A stretch of 63,968 nucleotides of DNA, counting the filler, from Malassezia furfur (taxonomy: Eukaryota): NCBI GenBank assembly GCA_052055015.1. It is 6 parts of 6 records of this genome, joined end to end, with 100 filler letters (N's around TTAATTAATTAA, not from the genome) between each part and the next. Parts side by side here need not be neighbours in the genome. Positions count along the whole stretch, not along the records: positions 11,259 to 22,408 come from JBQJIT010000369.1; positions 22,509 to 33,652 come from JBQJIT010000370.1; 4 more parts are not named here. One strand, written 5' to 3'. The notes beneath the pieces are model-generated. The model saw only the letters and a list, made by a program, of their open reading frames with translations, was not told the origin of the DNA and did not search any database. Made by a program: the position numbers and the translations under genes. How positions within the stretch are numbered: position 1 is the first letter of the stretch; each line of letters begins with the position of its first letter. Positions 11,943 to 22,622 of this stretch are shown piece after piece.

Positions 11943-14855
11943 CTACCGAAATCCTACGCGCCGGCCGCCCCGCTTGGGCGCCAAACCGGGCACCGCGATG
12001 CCGTGCCGCATGCCGCCGGGGTGCGCCTGCGTCTTGCGCCGCTTGGCCTGCTCCTCCTCCTCGGCACGCTGCCGGTCGCGCGCAAACTGCGCCTCGAGCT
12101 CGACGACGTGCCCGAGCTCCGTGTCGCGCCCGCGGCGCCCCGTCGTGCCGAGCGCGTTCCGCTCGCGGATCGAGTAGAATGCGCTGCCGAGCTCCGCGAG
12201 CCAGTACGGGTCCACGGCGGTGACCGTGCCCATGTACTCCTTCGAGGTGAGCGTCAGCTCGTGGTACACGACATAGTCGGGCGTGTACCCCAGGCCGTAC
12301 AGCGCGCTCGTCGGGTGCAGGTTCATCGGAATGCCCGTGCGGCAGTGCACGTACTCGCCGATGCCCTTGACGCGCGCCGCCTGGTGGAAGTAGCCCGAGG
12401 TGATGCACTTGCGCACAATGTCCCAGTCCGTGCCGCACGACTTGAGCGGCAGGCGCTGCGACTGCAGAATGTCGGTCAGCTGCGCACGCACTTCGCGCGC
12501 CTTGCGCAGCAGCTTGCCGTGCAAAAAGTGTTGGTTGCACCACGCGTCTTTGTACCCGTGGTTCTTCCACTGCGCATACACGTGCAGCAGCGTCAGGTGG
12601 TCGCTCTCCGCCACGTAAAACTTTTCGCGCGCCGCGTCGCTCTCCTCCTGGCGCTCCTTGGGGCGGTAAAAGACGCTCGGCACACTCAGCATGCTCACGA
12701 TCGTGAGCAGCTCCTCGGAGCACCCATACTCCACACTCATGATCAGGATCTTGGCAAGGCTCGGCTCCATGGGGAACTCGCTCATGCGCTTCCCCAGCGG
12801 CGTCAGGTTGCCGAGGTTGTCGAGCGCGCCCAGCACCCACAGCTGGTACATGCTGTTCAGGATGTTGTCCTGCGGCGGCGGGTCCATAAAGTCAAAGTCG
12901 AGCAGGTCCTTCACCCCGAGCGACTTGAGCAGCAGCACCGTGTTCGCCAAGTTCGTCCGCTGGATCTCGGGGATCGTCGCGGGGAACATTTCGTTGTGGA
13001 ACGCATTCTCGGTGTACAGGCGGTACGCCGTGCCGCTCCCGGTGCGCCCCGCACGCCCCGAGCGCTGCGACGCATTCGCCTGGCTGATCGGCGTGATCTG
13101 CAGCGAGTCCATGCCCACCCGGGGGTTGTACAGCTTCAGCTTGCTGTACCCCGCATCCACGACAAACATGATGCCGTCGACGGTCAGCGACGTCTCGGCA
13201 ATGTTGGTCGCCACGATGCACTTGCGCTCGCCGTGCTCGGACGGCAAAAAGATGCGCGCCTGCAGGTCGGCGGGCATCTGCGAATAGATCGGCAGCATGA
13301 GCAGCGGCGGCGCATCGTCGATCTGCTTGAGGCGCTCCAGCGCCACCTCGCACGTCACCTCAATGTCCTCCTGCCCGGTCATGAACGCAAGAATGTCGCC
13401 GCCCGAGCCCTGGCCGAGGTGGATCGAGAGGATCTGCCGCACGGTGCTGTCCACGTAGTCCTCACACGGCGTCTTGCTGAACAGCACATCCACGGGGAAG
13501 GTGCGCCCGGGAATCGTAAAGATGGGCGCCGCGCCAAAGAACCGCGAAAAGCCCTCGGCGTTCATCGTCGCCGAGGTCACGATCAGCTTCAGGTCGCGCC
13601 GCCGCGCCAGCACCTTTTTCAGCAGGCCCATCAGCACGTCCGTGTTGAGCGACCGCTCGTGCGCCTCGTCGAGGATGATCGCCGAGTAGCGGTCCAGGTC
13701 GCGCTCGGTCAGCGACTCGCGCAGCATCACACCGTCGGTCATGTACTTGATCTTGGTATCCTTGCTCGTGCAGTCCTCGAACCGGATCGAGTAGCCCACC
13801 GTGCCGCCGAGCTCACACTCCATCTCCTCGCTCACGCGCTTCGCGACGCTCATCGCCGCCACACGCCGCGGCTGCGTACACCCAATCAGCCCATACTCCG
13901 TATAGCCGTCCTCGTGCAGAAACTGGCACAGCTGCGTCGTCTTGCCACTGCCCGTCTCGCCAATCACCACCACCACCTGGTTCTCGCGGATGGTGCGCAT
14001 CAGATCGTCCCGGCTCGCAAACGCCGGCAGGTACTGCCGCTGCTCCCGCAGCGACTTGCTCCGGCTGAACTTGGACATGCCGCGCTGCTTCTGTGCAAGG
14101 TGCGCCGCATACCGCGACTCGCCCTTCCCCTCGTCCTCCGCAGGGTTGATCTGGCTCTGGGCGCCGGCCGCCTCGTCGTCGTCCTCCTTCACGCCCATAA
14201 TCTTGCCGAGCTGCGTGCCTTTGAGCGACGCAACGCGGCCCGCCGCCTTGGCACGCTCCGCACGTTCACGGTGCTCCTTGACGAGCCGGCTGCCTTTCAG
14301 CGCAAACACGGCCATGTCTGCCGTCGGGTCGCGCACAGGGTTGACGGGCGCAATCTGCTTCGTATACACCGTCTTGCCGTCCAGGAAGGGGGGGCGCAGA
14401 TTGTGCACCATCAGATGCACACGGTCATCCCCATGCTCGTCCGGGTCGTCGTCCAGCACACGGGGGCCCCCGACACCGCCGGTCTGCATCCGGTTCGTCT
14501 CCCAGGCATCGGCGTCCGCTCGGTAGGCCGCCTGGCGCGCCGTGATGCGCTCGTGCCGCTTGGCAATCGAGCGCGACACCTCGCCAGGCATGTCCTCGTA
14601 CTGTGCAAATGGGTTGTGGTCCACATCGCCCGCCACGCCCCCGTCGTCGTCCCGGAGGTACCAGTCGCGGTCAACGTCCGCCTCGTCTTCTTCCTCCTCC
14701 CAGTGCCGGTCGCCCAGCCGCGGCGTGTCTTCCTCTTCGCCATTTGGACGGCGGCGTACCGACTCGTCACCATAGCCCAGGAACGGCGTCGGCGCCAAAT
14801 ACTGCGCCGCCGCACTGCGCGCGGCGGCGCGACGTGCTTCGCGCGAACGGCTCAT
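11943..14855 (-). CDS. PRP16: Pre-mRNA splicing DEAH helicase Prp16
   Basis: [27 protein letters not shown]; Prp16-type N-terminal DRDWY and [16 protein letters not shown]. Confidence 0.97.
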   Translation of the reverse strand: MSRSREARRAAARSAAAQYLAPTPFLGYGDESVRRRPNGEEEDTPRLGDRHWEEEEDEADVDRDWYLRDDDGGVAGDVDHNPFAQYEDMPGEVSRSIAKRHERITARQAAYRADADAWETNRMQTGGVGGPRVLDDDPDEHGDDRVHLMVHNLRPPFLDGKTVYTKQIAPVNPVRDPTADMAVFALKGSRLVKEHRERAERAKAAGRVASLKGTQLGKIMGVKEDDDEAAGAQSQINPAEDEGKGESRYAAHLAQKQRGMSKFSRSKSLREQRQYLPAFASRDDLMRTIRENQVVVVIGETGSGKTTQLCQFLHEDGYTEYGLIGCTQPRRVAAMSVAKRVSEEMECELGGTVGYSIRFEDCTSKDTKIKYMTDGVMLRESLTERDLDRYSAIILDEAHERSLNTDVLMGLLKKVLARRRDLKLIVTSATMNAEGFSRFFGAAPIFTIPGRTFPVDVLFSKTPCEDYVDSTVRQILSIHLGQGSGGDILAFMTGQEDIEVTCEVALERLKQIDDAPPLLMLPIYSQMPADLQARIFLPSEHGERKCIVATNIAETSLTVDGIMFVVDAGYSKLKLYNPRVGMDSLQITPISQANASQRSGRAGRTGSGTAYRLYTENAFHNEMFPATIPEIQRTNLANTVLLLKSLGVKDLLDFDFMDPPPQDNILNSMYQLWVLGALDNLGNLTPLGKRMSEFPMEPSLAKILIMSVEYGCSEELLTIVSMLSVPSVFYRPKERQEESDAAREKFYVAESDHLTLLHVYAQWKNHGYKDAWCNQHFLHGKLLRKAREVRAQLTDILQSQRLPLKSCGTDWDIVRKCITSGYFHQAARVKGIGEYVHCRTGIPMNLHPTSALYGLGYTPDYVVYHELTLTSKEYMGTVTAVDPYWLAELGSAFYSIRERNALGTTGRRGRDTELGHVVELEAQFARDRQRAEEEEQAKRRKTQAHPGGMRHGIAVPGLAPKRGGRRVGFR

Positions 14856-14954
14856 GGACGCTCCTCGCCACGCCACGTGCGGTCGCCGCTCGTCCAGTGG
14901 AGGCTGACGCACAGGCCGCGTCAGCTCGACGCGACGCGTTCGGCTGCTCCCACG

Positions 14955-16233
14955 ATGCTCACCGTCGTAGACGCACAGCAGAACACGTATGCTTTCGACG
15001 TAGACGCGTCGATCGAGGTCGAAAACTTCAAGGCCGTCGTCGAGGCGGATACCGACGTCCCTGCGGCGCACCAGCAGCTCCTCTTCCAAAATGCGCCCCT
15101 CACCGACGCGCAGAAATCGCTGGCGGCGTACGGCGTGCAGGACGGCGACCTGATCGTCCTCCAGGACACGCGCCAGCGCGCCCCGAACACCGCTCCGGAC
15201 ACGGACGCCGCCATGGCAGAGGCCGTGCGTGCCCAAATCCGCGGCTCGGTCGCGCTGCAAAACCAACTGCGTGCGGTACGTTGCGCCATGCTGACTCCAG
15301 AGCAACCCCGCTTTGCTCGAGGCCGCAATGGATTCCCAAGAGGCCTTTGCGCGCACCCTCGCACACCAGCGTGAGCAGCTCAGCCAGGTGCAGTCGCTGC
15401 AGCAGCTCGCCAACTCGGACCCGTTTGATGTCGAGGCCCAAAAACGCATCGAAGAGGCCATTCGTCAGGAACAGATTGCCGAGAACATGGAGCATGCCAT
15501 GGAGTACACACCAGAGGCGTTCGGTAACGTCACTATGCTCTACGTCGATCTCAAGGTGAATGGCCACCCCGTCAAGGCATTTGTGGACAGCGGCGCACAG
15601 GCCACCATCATTAGCCCCGAGTGTGCCGAGCGGTGTGGCATCATGCGCCTGCTGGACAAGCGCTTCTCGGGCGTGGCCAAGGGGGTAGGCACGGCCAAGA
15701 TCCTGGGCCGCGTGCACAGCACGCAGATCCAGCTGGGTGGAGACCTCTTCTTGCCCTGTGCCTTTACGGTGCTCGAGGTATGTACTCTAGGATGTGCCTG
15801 CCAGCGATACTAACCTACGCAGGGATCCAGTGTTGACATGCTCTTTGGGCTAGACATGCTCAAGCGCTACCAGGCCAACATCGATCTCCAGAAGAATGCG
15901 CTGGTTATTCACGAAAAGGTGATTCCGTTCTTGGCCGAGCACGAGCTTCCCAAGAACCATCTCACGGACCCAGAGCACGAATCCAGCAGCGAGTCCAAGA
16001 AGGCCGAGGAACAACCATCTACGAGTAAAGGAGGGACTGGTCTGCACCAACAGCCCACCGCACCTACCTCGGCCCAGTCCCAGCCCCATGCCGCCAAAGC
16101 CAGCACGTGGTCGGACGAGGCCATTACCACCTTGACTAACCTGGGCATCGACCGAAATCTCGCAATTCAATTATTAAATGCAAGCGACGGAAATACGGAT
16201 ATTGCGGCAAGTATTTATTTCCAAAATATGTAA
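14955..16233 (+). CDS. DDI1: Ddi1 (UBL - retroviral-type aspartyl protease - UBA)
   Basis: UBL N-terminus; [23 protein letters not shown] catalytic motif; C-terminal UBA; introns 15276-15300 (25 nt) and 15778-15822 (45 nt). Confidence 0.96.
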
Positions 16234-16622
16234 ACAGTGAATACGCAATAAATAACAATTCTAGTCGAGAAAACAAATATATTTGTAATTTAAATAATAT
16301 AAAAAACAAAAACTATATTTTGTTATAGTTCATGACAAAATTTTAACAAAATGCACTTAAATAATGTATTCTTTAAAATGCTAAAAAAGAAAATATATTA
16401 TATGAATGAAAGTAAATATAATATTTAATGTAATTATTAAACCATACATTTATATACCTTTATATAGTCACGATAACTATTTAATAGCAGAATGGTTTGC
16501 ATAAATATTTAATCTTATTCAATGAAGATTTAAATATTGTAATAAATAATAATATGGTATATATTTTGCAACAATCGCTCTTATCATCAACATAATATAA
16601 TTTGAATATTTATTGTACCTAC
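16234..16622. other. AT-rich island, candidate centromere core
   Basis: Hand count of 65 G+C in 360 nt (16261-16620), about 18% GC, in a window that is roughly 65% GC; no ORF; lies between convergent genes with GC decaying toward it. Confidence 0.8.
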
Positions 16623-19600
16623 TTATGCCAACTCACAAATAATTGAGCGCTTGGTTCCAGCACTTATTGTTTCACGGATTCGCACTTGGAGAATTTGTCC
16701 ACGTGGAGGTGCGGGGATCTTGGGGTCCCAGATGCAGTCTACTGGGAAGCCCCCGAGCGTTTGTAGGTTGACACGGATACGTGCCTGAAGTGTGTCGTAA
16801 GTGAGGCGAACATCAGGTACGCCGACAAATGCGGGAATGGTTCCGAGGAGGTGTTTGTCCATCTCAGAGAACAGGCCAGCCTCTACTGTCTCGGGCGACC
16901 CATACCGTCTAGCTTTAGCAAGGAGTCGGTCAACGTAGGTCCATATCCAGTACCGATGGGAAGCACGTTCAATCTGTTTCACCCATGACTCCATTCTCTC
17001 AAAACGGGGAAATTGGAAAACCAGGTCGCCACGCGGTAATGTCTTCTTTCCAAACATGAAGGCCTTCATTTGATAATGCGAAAGGAGGTCCGCATACCGC
17101 CGCAGGGGACTGGTCACTCTCACATAACCCCCCGCCTTCAGCACATCCGGATCCGTGTTAGCGATATCTTTCACACCGATCCCTAACCCGTAGTGCTTCC
17201 CAGGCTGGGATGAGAAATAGGCAGGTGACAAAAAGATGTCGCGTTTTTGGAGCTCTACCACTGGCATGGCCCCCGTGACGGGGTGCTTCAGCTGCTCAAT
17301 GGTGGCCACCTGATCGGCCTCTGGGGCATCTTGGCAACGATAAGGCATGGGAAGCTCGTGCTCATCACAAAAGCTTGCAGCAACACGGCCGGCCAGGAGC
17401 ATCATTTCACTGACCATGTTTTCCGAGGAGATGCCGCCAGGCAAGCCATCAAAGGTGCCCGGCTTCAGCGGCGAGCTTGGGTCAGTCAAAGTCATATGAA
17501 TGTCGGGGAACCCTGTAAAGAATTCTGGGCCATCCGGAAGCGTCGCAGCCAGCGAAGGAAGCGGCAAAGGCGACAGAGTGACTTCTGAGGACTGGTTGGT
17601 AGCATTGACTCCCTTGCCGATGGTGATCCTTCTCGAGTTCAACTTGGACGCTAGCAGCGCCAACAGCTGCAGGTTGCGTTGCGTTGACTCCAGGTGCAGC
17701 GCCGACTCGGGGTTGCTGGGGCACTTCTTGGTCAGGAAGAACTGGTTCACATCCTCGTAGCTAAGCGTCCGCACATTGCGTACAGTACACGGCCGCACGT
17801 TCAAGTCACGAATTTCGCCCTGATCGTTCACCAAAGCACTAAACGTCAAGACCTGCTGCTCCGGGCCTGTTTCGCTGGTGTTCCCCTTCAAGCTCATTCC
17901 GTTGTAGGTGGCATAGTCTGGGAACAGCGGCCACTGGGCCTGCGGGAAATAAATGCTGGAGTACTTTTGCCTCGCCTCAACCGCCAAAGGATGATTGCGC
18001 GGAATGCGGGCCGTAGGGTCGGCAATATGAACGTGGATCCAATGGGCCCCTTCTCCCGCTGGTTCCACCGAAATCCCATCGTCCAGCTCGTGCGCATTCG
18101 CCGAATCGATCACGTAGACAGGCAGGTCCTCGAACCGCGTCCTTCGCGCTTCCTCCTCGTGGTTCAGCTGAAGTGTGCGGCGGTGCTTGGCATCGTGCAT
18201 GGCGGTTTCGTCGGCGTTTTCCTCAATGTTCTTCAAGTAGGTATCCAAGACATTCGGGTCCTCCCAGGGGACCAAGGCACCCAGGCGGATCAGGAAATTG
18301 AACACCAGCGCATGCTGAAGATCTGTTCCTGCCGAGTACACGCTGGTGCTTGTGTCACTCAGCGGTGGCTGCTCGACCGTGGTGGACAGGACGGATTTGG
18401 GGAGCGGCACCTGCTCCATTGCGGGGTGGACGATGGGTTTGAGATGAATGTGCGCTCCGACGCGTTTGATGATGGACATGGCAACGCTGCCTGTAGGATC
18501 TTCTTGCAGCTCACGACGATTGCCGACGCTGATCTTGAGGAACTCGATGATGTCTTTGTCCGTCGCCGTCCACCGAACTGTGTCGCCCTCGGCAGTGGTC
18601 GGCTGGCCCAATGTTTGGATGTGGTCACTGTCCATCGTTCCCTGCGCCTCGTGCCAGCGGATGGCCGCCCTGGCGCGCGCACAGAAACCGTCCAGAATTT
18701 CGACCGCATCCATAAGTTCCACGTCGTCCTTCACCGAGGCATCCTCCATTCCCCCCGGTCCCTGGGCCGTCATACTCGCACGAACCCACGCAGAGACGCG
18801 CGAGAGGATTTCCTGCTCCCGGAGTGAGCGGTACGTAAACATCTGGCTGTGCCGATGGGTCGTCGAGTCCACGAGGAACTGTTTCGGATGGTTCATAAAG
18901 AGCGAGTGCATTGCAAACACCGTCTCGCCGCGGAAGCGGTGCTTGACGCCGGCCTTTTCTTGGCGCAGGAAAGCGAGGTATTGGGTGAGGAGCTGCGTCG
19001 CCTCGATCGTCGTAAAGCTGCCACGGTGCAGGAGCTTGAGTCCCTTGCGCAGGAAGGCGTGCTCAGGCGCCTGCTCGTGCTCCTTCCAGTCATACTCGAC
19101 ATGGGTCTCGGTCTGTTCCTGGAGGAACAAGGCACGGAAGGCCGGGTATATTTTTTGGATCTCGTTGTCCGTCTTGCGCTGGAGCTGGCGGATTTTTCGG
19201 CAGATCCACGCGCGCTTCTCAAAGCGGGGCAAGTCGAGCGGCTCCTGCTCCATGTAGGAATTGGCGCGGCTGGCGCTCTGGCGCAGCGCGAGCATGTCCT
19301 CGTGCGACACGGCGAACTCGTCCGGGAGTGCCACAGGTGCCGCCGAGACGCGCGCCGTGGACGCCGCAACGTAGTCGCGCTTGAGCGGGGCCGCCTCCGC
19401 CGCGAGCTGCTGGTCGACAAACGCCGGGAAGCGGAGCATGACGTCGGTCGATCGTACGAGCTCGAGCACGCCCGAGATGACGACGACTGCGAGCGATGCA
19501 CCAGCGCCCGACCCCGAGCGGTCGTGCTCGTCCGGGATCGGAAGCACGACTCCGGAGAACGTCCGGCCCGTGCGGCGCACCTCGACAAAGTCGCCCGGCT

Positions 19601-19889
19601 GAATCTCCTCCATCTTGGATGCGGATGCGCCGATGGTGACGTTGTAGTCGAGCTGTTCGTCCATCTTGTCGTCCTCCGCATCTTCCTGGACGAGTTCTTC
19701 GGGTGCGAGGGTGAGCGGGGGCCGCCCGTTGGGCCGCTGCGCGGTGCGCCGCGGCTCTTTGGGCGGGTCGTGGCCGCGCGCCGTGTGCTGGCGCAGGATG
19801 CATGCGGTGGTGCAAACAGCACGCGTGCGCGGTGCCACAGGCGCGACACACAGGCGGGCGGACGCGCTGCCCCACAGTCGCGCGCTCAT
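16623..19889 (-). CDS. DSS1: Mitochondrial RNB-domain exoribonuclease (Dss1/Cyt-4)
   Basis: Arg-rich presequence; VYVIDSANAHELDDGIS, HVHIADP, VSEMMLLAG, YVRVTSPLRRYADL. Confidence 0.9.
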   Translation of the reverse strand: MSARLWGSASARLCVAPVAPRTRAVCTTACILRQHTARGHDPPKEPRRTAQRPNGRPPLTLAPEELVQEDAEDDKMDEQLDYNVTIGASASKMEEIQPGDFVEVRRTGRTFSGVVLPIPDEHDRSGSGAGASLAVVVISGVLELVRSTDVMLRFPAFVDQQLAAEAAPLKRDYVAASTARVSAAPVALPDEFAVSHEDMLALRQSASRANSYMEQEPLDLPRFEKRAWICRKIRQLQRKTDNEIQKIYPAFRALFLQEQTETHVEYDWKEHEQAPEHAFLRKGLKLLHRGSFTTIEATQLLTQYLAFLRQEKAGVKHRFRGETVFAMHSLFMNHPKQFLVDSTTHRHSQMFTYRSLREQEILSRVSAWVRASMTAQGPGGMEDASVKDDVELMDAVEILDGFCARARAAIRWHEAQGTMDSDHIQTLGQPTTAEGDTVRWTATDKDIIEFLKISVGNRRELQEDPTGSVAMSIIKRVGAHIHLKPIVHPAMEQVPLPKSVLSTTVEQPPLSDTSTSVYSAGTDLQHALVFNFLIRLGALVPWEDPNVLDTYLKNIEENADETAMHDAKHRRTLQLNHEEEARRTRFEDLPVYVIDSANAHELDDGISVEPAGEGAHWIHVHIADPTARIPRNHPLAVEARQKYSSIYFPQAQWPLFPDYATYNGMSLKGNTSETGPEQQVLTFSALVNDQGEIRDLNVRPCTVRNVRTLSYEDVNQFFLTKKCPSNPESALHLESTQRNLQLLALLASKLNSRRITIGKGVNATNQSSEVTLSPLPLPSLAATLPDGPEFFTGFPDIHMTLTDPSSPLKPGTFDGLPGGISSENMVSEMMLLAGRVAASFCDEHELPMPYRCQDAPEADQVATIEQLKHPVTGAMPVVELQKRDIFLSPAYFSSQPGKHYGLGIGVKDIANTDPDVLKAGGYVRVTSPLRRYADLLSHYQMKAFMFGKKTLPRGDLVFQFPRFERMESWVKQIERASHRYWIWTYVDRLLAKARRYGSPETVEAGLFSEMDKHLLGTIPAFVGVPDVRLTYDTLQARIRVNLQTLGGFPVDCIWDPKIPAPPRGQILQVRIRETISAGTKRSIICELA

Positions 19890-20013
19890 GGTCCGACGCG
19901 CCCCCCTCTTTCGCGCCTCCACCGCGTTCTTCTTCGCGCCACGTGATGCATACGGTTGAACGTCGTGGAGCTATGAAACTATGCCAGGTTGAGTGAGCAT
20001 ATCGATGGTGCGT

Positions 20014-21556
20014 TTACTGCGGCTTCTTGATCACGCTCGTGTCCGGCACACCGGGGAGCGGGAACTTGGTGGCGAAGTCGTGCACCTCCTTGCTGAGCTG
20101 GAGGAGCTGCTTGCGGCCCTCGCCGTCGCCCTCGGTGGCCTTGGCCATGAAGTCCTTGAGCAGCTTCGAGCCGGCCTCCTTCTGGAGCACGCCGGCGATC
20201 TGCACGACGCGGTGGAGGAACTCAGCGACGGTCTCCATGTCCTTCTCGTTCATGCTGCGCGAGGTGAGCGCGTTCGAGCCGATGCGGACACCGCCCGGCA
20301 CCACCGCCGAGGTGTCACCGGCGACGGCGTTCTTGTTCAGCGTAATGTGCACCAGGTCGCACAGCTTCTCGACCTTGGAGCCGGTCAGGCCGGCCGGGCG
20401 CAGGTCCCACAGGATCAGGTGGTTGTCCGAGCCGTCGGTCTGCAGGCGGTAGCCGTACGAGAAGAGCTTCTCGGCGAGCGCCTTGGTGTTGGCACGCACC
20501 GCCTTGGCGTACTGCTTGAACGCAGGGTCGGCGGCCTGCTTGAGCGCCACGGCGACACCGGCGATCGTGTTGTTGTGGGGGCCACCCTGGCACGCCGGGA
20601 AGACGGCGGCGTTGACACGCGCCTCGAGGTCCGCCTCGCGGTCCTTGCGGAAGAAGATCATACCCGCGCGCGGGCCACGCAGCGTCTTGTGCGTGGTGGT
20701 GGTGACCACATCGCAGTACTCAAACGGATTGTTCTGCTCCTTGGCCGCGACGAGACCCGAGATGTGGGCCATGTCCGAGAGGAGGTAGGCGCCCTGCGAC
20801 TTGGCGACGTCCGCGAGGAACTTGTAGTCCCAGTCGCGGGGGTAGGCCGAGCCACCGCACACAAGCAGGCGCGGCTTGTACAGCTCGGCGTTCGCCTTGA
20901 GCTTCTCGTAGTCGATGAGACCGTTCTCGCGGTTGACCTGGTACGGGAACGACTGGAAGTAGATCGACGACGCGGTGATCTTCTTCTTGGCCGTGTAGTA
21001 GCCGTGCGTCAGGTGGCCACCGTCGGGCAGGCCGAGACCCATGACACGGTCCTGCGGCTGGATCAGCGCGGTGAAGGCCGCAAAGTTGGCCGTCGAGCCC
21101 GAGTAGGGCTGCACGTTGACGCCCCACACCTTGGGGTCGAGGTCGAAGGCCTCGAGCGCACGCTTCTGCGTGAGCGTCTCGAGCTCGTCGATGTACTCGT
21201 TGCCGCCGTAGTAGCGCGCGCCGGGCAGACCCTCCGAGTACTTGTTGGTGAGGATCGAGCCGTTGGCCTGCATCGTCGCGAGCGACGTGAGGTTCTCCGA
21301 GGCGATCAGCTCGAGACCGGTGAACTGGCGGTAGGTCTCGTTGTCGATGATGCGCTGCACCTCGGGGTCGGCCTCGGCCAGGGGCTTGTACAGCATAGCG
21401 TTCTGCGGTCAGCGGCCATGGACCTACAAAGTCGGTGGGCACAGGAATGGAGCTCATGGTACGCAAAGTCGTCGAAAAGGGGCGGGCGGAGCGTACCTGG
21501 AACGCCAGCGGCTTGATTAGCAACGGAACTCGCGACGCCCGAACGAAGGCCGACAT
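20014..21556 (-). CDS. SHM: Serine hydroxymethyltransferase with mitochondrial presequence and a second in-frame ATG
   Basis: [35 protein letters not shown] (PLP Lys); 25-nt intron 21403-21427; ATGs at 21556 and 21457. Confidence 0.97.
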
Positions 21557-21696
21557 ACTGATAGACCGGAGAGAGGTGCGTCCAGCGAGAAAACCTTCGG
21601 GCGCGCCGCGCCGGCCCCTCCTCCCTGTATGACTCGGCCGATACCTCTTATGGTAGGCTGCGCAGCCTCCACCCTGCGCGCCACCACCCAACAGGA

Positions 21697-22408
21697 ATGG
21701 GGAAAGCGGAGGCCGGCACGCCGTACGTCGCGCACTGACCCAGCAAGGCGATCAGCAATGCCATGAAGGCGCGGGGGCTCACCCGCCTCCGGTGGTACTG
21801 CCAGGTGTGCCAGAAGGCATGCCGCGACGCCAACGGCTACAAAATGCACATCGAGTCGGAGTCGCACGCGCGCCAACTCGCGGCGGTCGCCGGCGAGGGC
21901 GGCCAGCGCGCGGGCAAGGTCGTGCACGACTACAGCGCCCAGTTCCAGCGCGAGTTCGTCCTCCTCCTCAGCCGCCGGTTCGGCACGCGCCGCGTGCTCG
22001 CGAACCAAGTATACCAGGAATACATCCAGGACCGACACCACGTGCATATGAACGCGACGCGGTGGGTGTCGCTTTCCGAATTCGTCAAGTACCTGGGGCG
22101 CGCGGGCATTGCGCGCGTCGAGGACAGCGACCTTGGCTGGTACATCTCGTGGATCGACAACTCGCCGTCGGCGCTTGCGCGGCAGGACGCGCTGCAGAAG
22201 ATGAACCGGCAAAAGGCCGACGACGAGCAGCGCGCGCGCAAGCTGCTCGAGGAGCAGATCCGCCACGCCAAGAAGGACACGCGTGCGGACGAGATCGAGG
22301 AGCTGCGCGAGCAGGGCATCCGGCGGCCGACCGATGCGCCACTCAAGCTGTCGCTGTCTACGGGGAAGAGCGAGGGGGCCGCGGCGCCGAGCGAGGCGCC
22401 TGCGCCCG
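21697..22408 (+). CDS. KIN17: KIN17/Rts2 Zn-finger protein (3' truncated)
   Basis: 21-nt intron 21723-21743 restores MGKAEAGTP|KAISNAMKARGLTRLRWYCQVC; HHVHMNATRW. Confidence 0.95.
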
Positions 22409-22589
22409 NNNNNNNNNNNNNNNNNNNNNNNNNNNNNNNNNNNNNNNNNNNNTTAATTAATTAANNNNNNNNNNNNNNNNNNNNNNNNNNNNNNNNNNNN
22501 NNNNNNNNCGTCGCGCCGCGGCACGGTGTGCTGGCACCGTCACCGCGGCGTGTCTCGGCCGACCCCACGTGGCGTGTCGGACGAGCCGC

Positions 22590-22616
22590 ACGACGACGAC
22601 GACGACGACGACGACG
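22590..22616 (+). repeat. (ACG)9 microsatellite just upstream of the ATG at 22623
   Basis: Directly visible trinucleotide run. Confidence 0.9.
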
Positions 22617-22622
22617 CACACG

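Noticed and set aside
11532..15374. Very long antisense ORFs (also 23996-28009, 46030-48690, 52408-56097, 33701-35587, 42703-44874)
   Set aside because: Shadow ORFs mirroring real high-GC3 genes; Arg/Ala/Val-rich with no motifs. Some merely run into a true exon at their end (DDI1 exon 1, LSM8).
15540..15860. Retroviral-type protease motif (DSG) suggesting a retroelement
   Set aside because: It is the normal Ddi1 protease domain between UBL and UBA
16234..16622. AT island as horizontal transfer, NUMT or transposon remnant
   Set aside because: No ORF, terminal repeats or target-site duplication seen, and composition grades smoothly into both flanking genes rather than stepping. Not formally excluded without BLAST.
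17181..17189. CCCTAACCC here and GGGTTAGGG near 59933-41 as telomere seed or telomerase template
   Set aside because: Only 1.5 repeats each, inside DSS1 and SQT1 coding sequence; compatible with chance
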